Shown: one piece after another, positions 56,259-64,000 of the stretch
Position numbering within the stretch: position 1 is the first letter of the stretch
How the letters are laid out: every line of letters begins with the position of its first letter
Assembly (NCBI GenBank): GCA_002269645.1
Contig: NIVC01000009.1
Coordinates: 1 to 64,000 of the forward strand
DNA length: 64,000 bases
Source: Macrostomum lignano
Taxonomy: Eukaryota
Direction of reading: 5' to 3'
The notes under the pieces: model-generated
Database searches by the model: none
The model's input: only the letters and a program-made list of their open reading frames with translations
What the model was told of the DNA's origin: nothing
Program-made: the position numbers and the translations under genes

Positions 56259-58175
56259 ATGGGTAAGAGCAACAACGGACCTGCAATCGGCATTGACCTG
56301 GGCACCACGTACTCGTGCGTTGGCGTGTTCCAGGCAGGCAAAGTGGAGATCATTGCCAATGACCAGGGCAACCGAACCACTCCCAGCTACGTGGCCTTCA
56401 CGGACACGGAGAGGCTGGTAGGCGACGCTGCAAAGAACCAGGTGGCGATGAATCCGGACAACACGGTGTTTGACGCGAAGCGTCTGATCGGACGAAAGTT
56501 CGGAGACGAGACGGTGCAGAGGGACATGAAGCTGTGGCCATTCAAGGTGACGAACGACGGAGGCCGACCCAAGATTGAGGTGCAGTACATGGGCGAGAGG
56601 CGCAGCTTCTACCCGGAGGAGATCTCCGCCATGGTTCTCACCAAGATGAAGGAGACGGCGGAGGCCTACCTCGGCGAGAAGGTGTCTGACGCGGTGATCA
56701 CAGTGCCGGCCTACTTCAACGACAGTCAGCGACAGGCAACGAAGGATGCCGGGGCGATTGCCGGACTGAACGTGCTGCGCATCGTGAACGAGCCGACTGC
56801 TGCGGCACTGGCCTACGGTCTGGACAAGAACCTGCAGGGTGAGAAGAACATTCTCATCTTTGACCTGGGAGGCGGCACGTTCGACGTGTCCATCCTGACA
56901 GTGTCGGAGGGCAGCATGTTCGAGGTGCGCGCAACCGCCGGCGACACCCACCTCGGCGGCGAGGACTTTGATCATCGTCTGGTTGAGCACCTGATGCAAG
57001 AGTTCAAGCGCAAGTACCGCAAGGACATGAGCGGCAACGCTCGGGCTGTGAGACGCCTTCGGACTGCGGCTGAGCGAGCGAAGCGAACGCTGAGCAGCTC
57101 GGCACAGGCGAGCATCGAGATTGACTCGCTGTTCGAGGGCATCGATTTTTACACGAGCGTCACCAGGGCTCGATTCGAGGAGCTGTGCGCCGACCTGTTT
57201 CGCCAGACGATGGAGCCGGTGGAGCGAGCGCTGAGAGACGCCAAGATGGACAAGAGCAACATCAACGAGATCGTGCTGGTTGGCGGATCAACCCGGATCC
57301 CGAGGGTGCAGAAGTTGCTGCAAGAATTCATGGGCGGTCGGACGCTGAACAAGTCGATCAACCCGGACGAGGCGGTCGCCTACGGAGCTGCCGTGCAGGC
57401 TGCGGTGCTGACTGGCGTGAAGGACGACACGATCGACGACCTGCTGCTGCTGGATGTGGCGCCGCTGTCTCTCGGCATCGAGACCGCCGGCGGGGTGATG
57501 ACCAAGATTGTCGAGCGGAACAGCCGCATCCCGACCAAGGCGACGCAGACGTTCACCACCTACTCGGACAACCAGAGCGGCGTCACGGTGCAGGTGTTCG
57601 AGGGCGAGCGAGCGCTCACCAGAGACAACCACCTGCTGGGCCGGTTCAACCTGGACGGGATCCCGCCAGCGCCGCGCGGAGTCCCTCAGATCGAGGTGAC
57701 CTTCGACGTTGACGCCAACGGAATCCTGGTGGTGTCGGCGAAAGACAAGAGCACCAGCAAGGAGGAGAAGATCACGATCACGAACGACAAGGGCCGCCTC
57801 TCGAAGGACGAGATCGACAGGATGGTGCGGGATGCGGAGAAGTTCCGCGAGGAGGACGAGCGGCACCGCGAGCGCCTGGCGGCCCGCAACCAGCTCGAGT
57901 CGCTCGCCTTCCAGTACAAGCAGGCTGCCAACGACTGCAAGGACAAGCTGGGCGAGAAGGACTCCGCCGAGGTGGTGGCCGCCTGCGAGCAAGTGATTTC
58001 CTGGCTGGAGAACAACCAGACTGCCGAGAAGGACGAGATTGCCCACCAGCAGCAGCAACTCAGCAGCCGCTGCTCGCCAATCATGGCCAAGCTTCATCAG
58101 CAGCAGCAGCAGTCTGGTCAGCCTCAGCCTGGACATCAGCGAGCTGGAGGACCCACCGTTGAGGAGGTCGACTGA
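56259..58175 (+). CDS. HSP70: Cytosolic HSP70, intronless inducible type, copy B
   Basis: 638 aa; the translation differs from copy A only at DDKID/DDTID (site 57430 vs 49856); AATAAA at 58381. Confidence 0.98.
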   Translation: MGKSNNGPAIGIDLGTTYSCVGVFQAGKVEIIANDQGNRTTPSYVAFTDTERLVGDAAKNQVAMNPDNTVFDAKRLIGRKFGDETVQRDMKLWPFKVTNDGGRPKIEVQYMGERRSFYPEEISAMVLTKMKETAEAYLGEKVSDAVITVPAYFNDSQRQATKDAGAIAGLNVLRIVNEPTAAALAYGLDKNLQGEKNILIFDLGGGTFDVSILTVSEGSMFEVRATAGDTHLGGEDFDHRLVEHLMQEFKRKYRKDMSGNARAVRRLRTAAERAKRTLSSSAQASIEIDSLFEGIDFYTSVTRARFEELCADLFRQTMEPVERALRDAKMDKSNINEIVLVGGSTRIPRVQKLLQEFMGGRTLNKSINPDEAVAYGAAVQAAVLTGVKDDTIDDLLLLDVAPLSLGIETAGGVMTKIVERNSRIPTKATQTFTTYSDNQSGVTVQVFEGERALTRDNHLLGRFNLDGIPPAPRGVPQIEVTFDVDANGILVVSAKDKSTSKEEKITITNDKGRLSKDEIDRMVRDAEKFREEDERHRERLAARNQLESLAFQYKQAANDCKDKLGEKDSAEVVAACEQVISWLENNQTAEKDEIAHQQQQLSSRCSPIMAKLHQQQQQSGQPQPGHQRAGGPTVEEVD

Positions 58176-60852
58176 GCATCATCTGCACATTCTTCAAGGA
58201 CTGAGTCTCTTGAATAACCTTTGTACAAAGTATACATTTGCAATTTCATGTATCATCGATCGAGCTAGTTGTAAAAGTTTCTGCATTGTCTAAATGCGTG
58301 TCCATTCTAAAATCTTTGCATGACTTGCGTTTAATCGTATTCTGCATTCAGAAACGTGTTTTTCACATTTTACATGTATGAATAAATGTTAAATAAACGC
58401 GTTTAACATTAGTGATTTTTTATCATTTACTATTACATTATTCAACCAAATATTAATTTAGTTGTTTATTGTCATTTCTCACATGGCATATGCATGGCGA
58501 TCGTTTAGGGACGGTCTAACGGGATTACAATGGATATTAACTCGGACTTGCTGGCCTATCTATACATGTTAGTCCAGTACCCGTTTCTCCCAGTCCCAGC
58601 CAATTCAGAGGAGAGTTCATATACATTTTACGGTATTCATATTATTTAAATGCTTACTGAAGGAACTGAAGAACTAATCACAATTCGCAATTTTCTCATG
58701 CGCCCATTCTTTCTCTAGAGTAATTTCTCAGACAAGCTTTAATTCTAACGTCCTTATAATTTCATGGACATGACCTGTCGCTGTAACACTCATTTGAACC
58801 TCCTGCGCTGTAAGCAAATTTTTTTGCGACAACTCTTGCACTGTCGACGTCCCCATGTATACAGGTTGTACATAATGCTTGCAATACATGTATATTAAAC
58901 ACCTGTTTATAATACATAAAGCATATTTTAGAAAACAAATTGCAGTCTGAAAAAGTACTGAGTTTCACTAAGGGTATACATATACCATAGATTTTAAGAG
59001 CTGGCTTTATGTTCATTTTGATGTTACAAGTACACTGATACATGCAGCTGTAACTATACCAATACTATATATACATTGTACCATATCCAACCGTTGAGTA
59101 ATTTTATGGACGATCCAATTGATCGGACATACAGTCTGCATGCACTACATAGATTCGGTTCTGAACCGGAATCGAGAATACGAAAAAGGTCATTGGTTTA
59201 GATCGACAAAGCCAGAAGAGAAGAAACAAATATGGGGATCCAACTGGCTCTGGTTCCGAAAGTACTATAGAATCAATAGAATCGATACTTAAAGTATTAC
59301 CCAACAACTGTAAATAAGCAATTAATTTCAAAAGTGAATGACTCCGTAAATTAAAAACAGTAAAACATAGTTTATATATTACTTTTACGTATTGACTTTT
59401 AATTTACATTGAAGTTTTTGTTAAAATATGTAATAATTTACAAAATTTTAAACTTTCCAAGAAAAATCTAAGAAAAGCTCAACAACTTAAAATAGTACCT
59501 CTTGGTCCTTTTGTAAGCATGAGGAACAAGATGAATAACTATCTTTATGATCTTAATTTCGAAATATATTAGAAGTAATTTCTGGTGTTCTTAACTGTTA
59601 GGAATTATAAACGCGAGTTAAAAACAATGAAAATATACAATGTTCTTAGACTTAAAACAACGAAAAGAGTTTTGTCATTGCGTGATTATTGTCTACAGGA
59701 ACTACACTACTGTATTAAATTGGTCGTTTGCTCTTGGTACAAAAAGCCTTACTTAATATCTACCTATTTAAATCCAGAATAGGTGCCAATTACAAAGTCG
59801 ATGCACACGTTTTACTATAATTTTTTAAATGGTAACTATAGGGCTTTTCACATTACCAATTCCAGAACCAGAATCGGTTCGGATTTCCAAAAAAACAGTA
59901 TAACTATTTAACTTTTTTGAATGTTTAACTGCCTTAACAGCCTCACTTTTCACAATTTTTCACTTTCTTCTTGGCTATTGCCATACAATAATCACAACTT
60001 TAAAGCACTAATATCCCTCTAGTTTAGGAGACAAAAAGTTATACTTTACAAATTGGATCTGGTTCTAGAACCAGAATAAGCAATATGAAAAGGCCTTGTT
60101 AAACAATTAGTAATTTTTATTATTCTATGATATACAAATACTGTGTGCTCTTTTTGTTAAAATGAAGAATATTTACTAATGAATTAACAGTTCTGTCTTA
60201 TAGTTTGAATTTATTACTTGTGAATAACCAAAGTATACATGAAATAAATGCTTATGTTTATCTTAATAGAAAAACTATATAGGCCTCGCCTTTTCAGTTT
60301 AATATAATTTATATTTTTATTTCATTTCATTAAATTCATTAATTTGATTCAAACTGATATCACTATTAAATAGAAGGTAGGCCTAAACATTGCCAATTAA
60401 TATAAAGTATGTTTGTTTTGGATAGCCATAAGTAAATAAAAAAGATTTATTAGATTTCTAAAATGTCATTTTTATCATAAATATAAACTTAAATATGCAA
60501 AAATTAAAATAAATTGATTTCGTGTTTTATTGACTAGTAGTAATACATAAATCCACTTATACTAAATACTTTACTATATCTTCTAAGAATGGTATAATTA
60601 CAATTTAGCTAGAGTATAATTTTTCTTTGATTATAAGTCTTAGGCTTTAATATTTGATAAGTATCTAAGCTATTATAAATCAAATCAAGTGAATATATGG
60701 CAAATTTAACAAGTAGCGATAACTATATATTTTTAATAGTTTTTTACTCAGAGTTTTCAAATTATATTTTTTGCTTTTTATATCATCTTTATATACACAA
60801 AATTTAAAATAATCATTTATTTATTTATAGGATATTACTTAAAGAACAAGTC

Positions 60853-64000
<3,148 letters not shown>

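Larger units (their letters stand above)
48816..58470. repeat. Large inverted duplication (arms ~48816-52220 and ~55028-58470; spacer ~2.8 kb)
   Basis: Mirror coordinates sum to 107286 for the outer ends, both HSP70 ORFs and both 5S genes. Confidence 0.97.

Noticed and set aside
48816-58470. Palindrome as a pure read fold-back artefact
   Set aside because: Disfavoured because of the unique 2-kb spacer, different satellite unit counts and several substitutions; it still needs long-read confirmation

Overview
Eukaryotic (animal) genomic DNA with spliceosomal introns. GC-rich exons with poly-Ala/Gly/Gln runs and introns filled with private minisatellites resemble the flatworm Macrostomum; this species guess is inference only. 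Exons were read manually from GT/AG junctions. Gene models in order: TRIM9/67-like E3 ligase (-), proteasome ATPase PSMC6/Rpt4 (-), a small two-exon ORF with a UBA-like helix (+), calbindin-32-like EF-hand protein (+), InaF-motif protein (-), PH-RhoGAP of the ARHGAP22/24/25 type (+), TAB2/3-like CUE-NZF protein (+), CENP-V/GFA protein (+), two intronless HSP70 genes, and the 5' part of VPS13D (+). The most striking structure is a ~9.65 kb palindrome (48816-58470). Each ~3.4 kb arm carries an HSP70 gene with an HSE/TATA promoter, a co-oriented and apparently intact 5S rRNA gene, and a 14-bp satellite. The unique spacer holds a P-element/THAP9-like transposase remnant. The window also contains SINEs, MITEs, a decayed Penelope-like element and more than 25 tandem arrays. 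Repeat boundaries are approximate.
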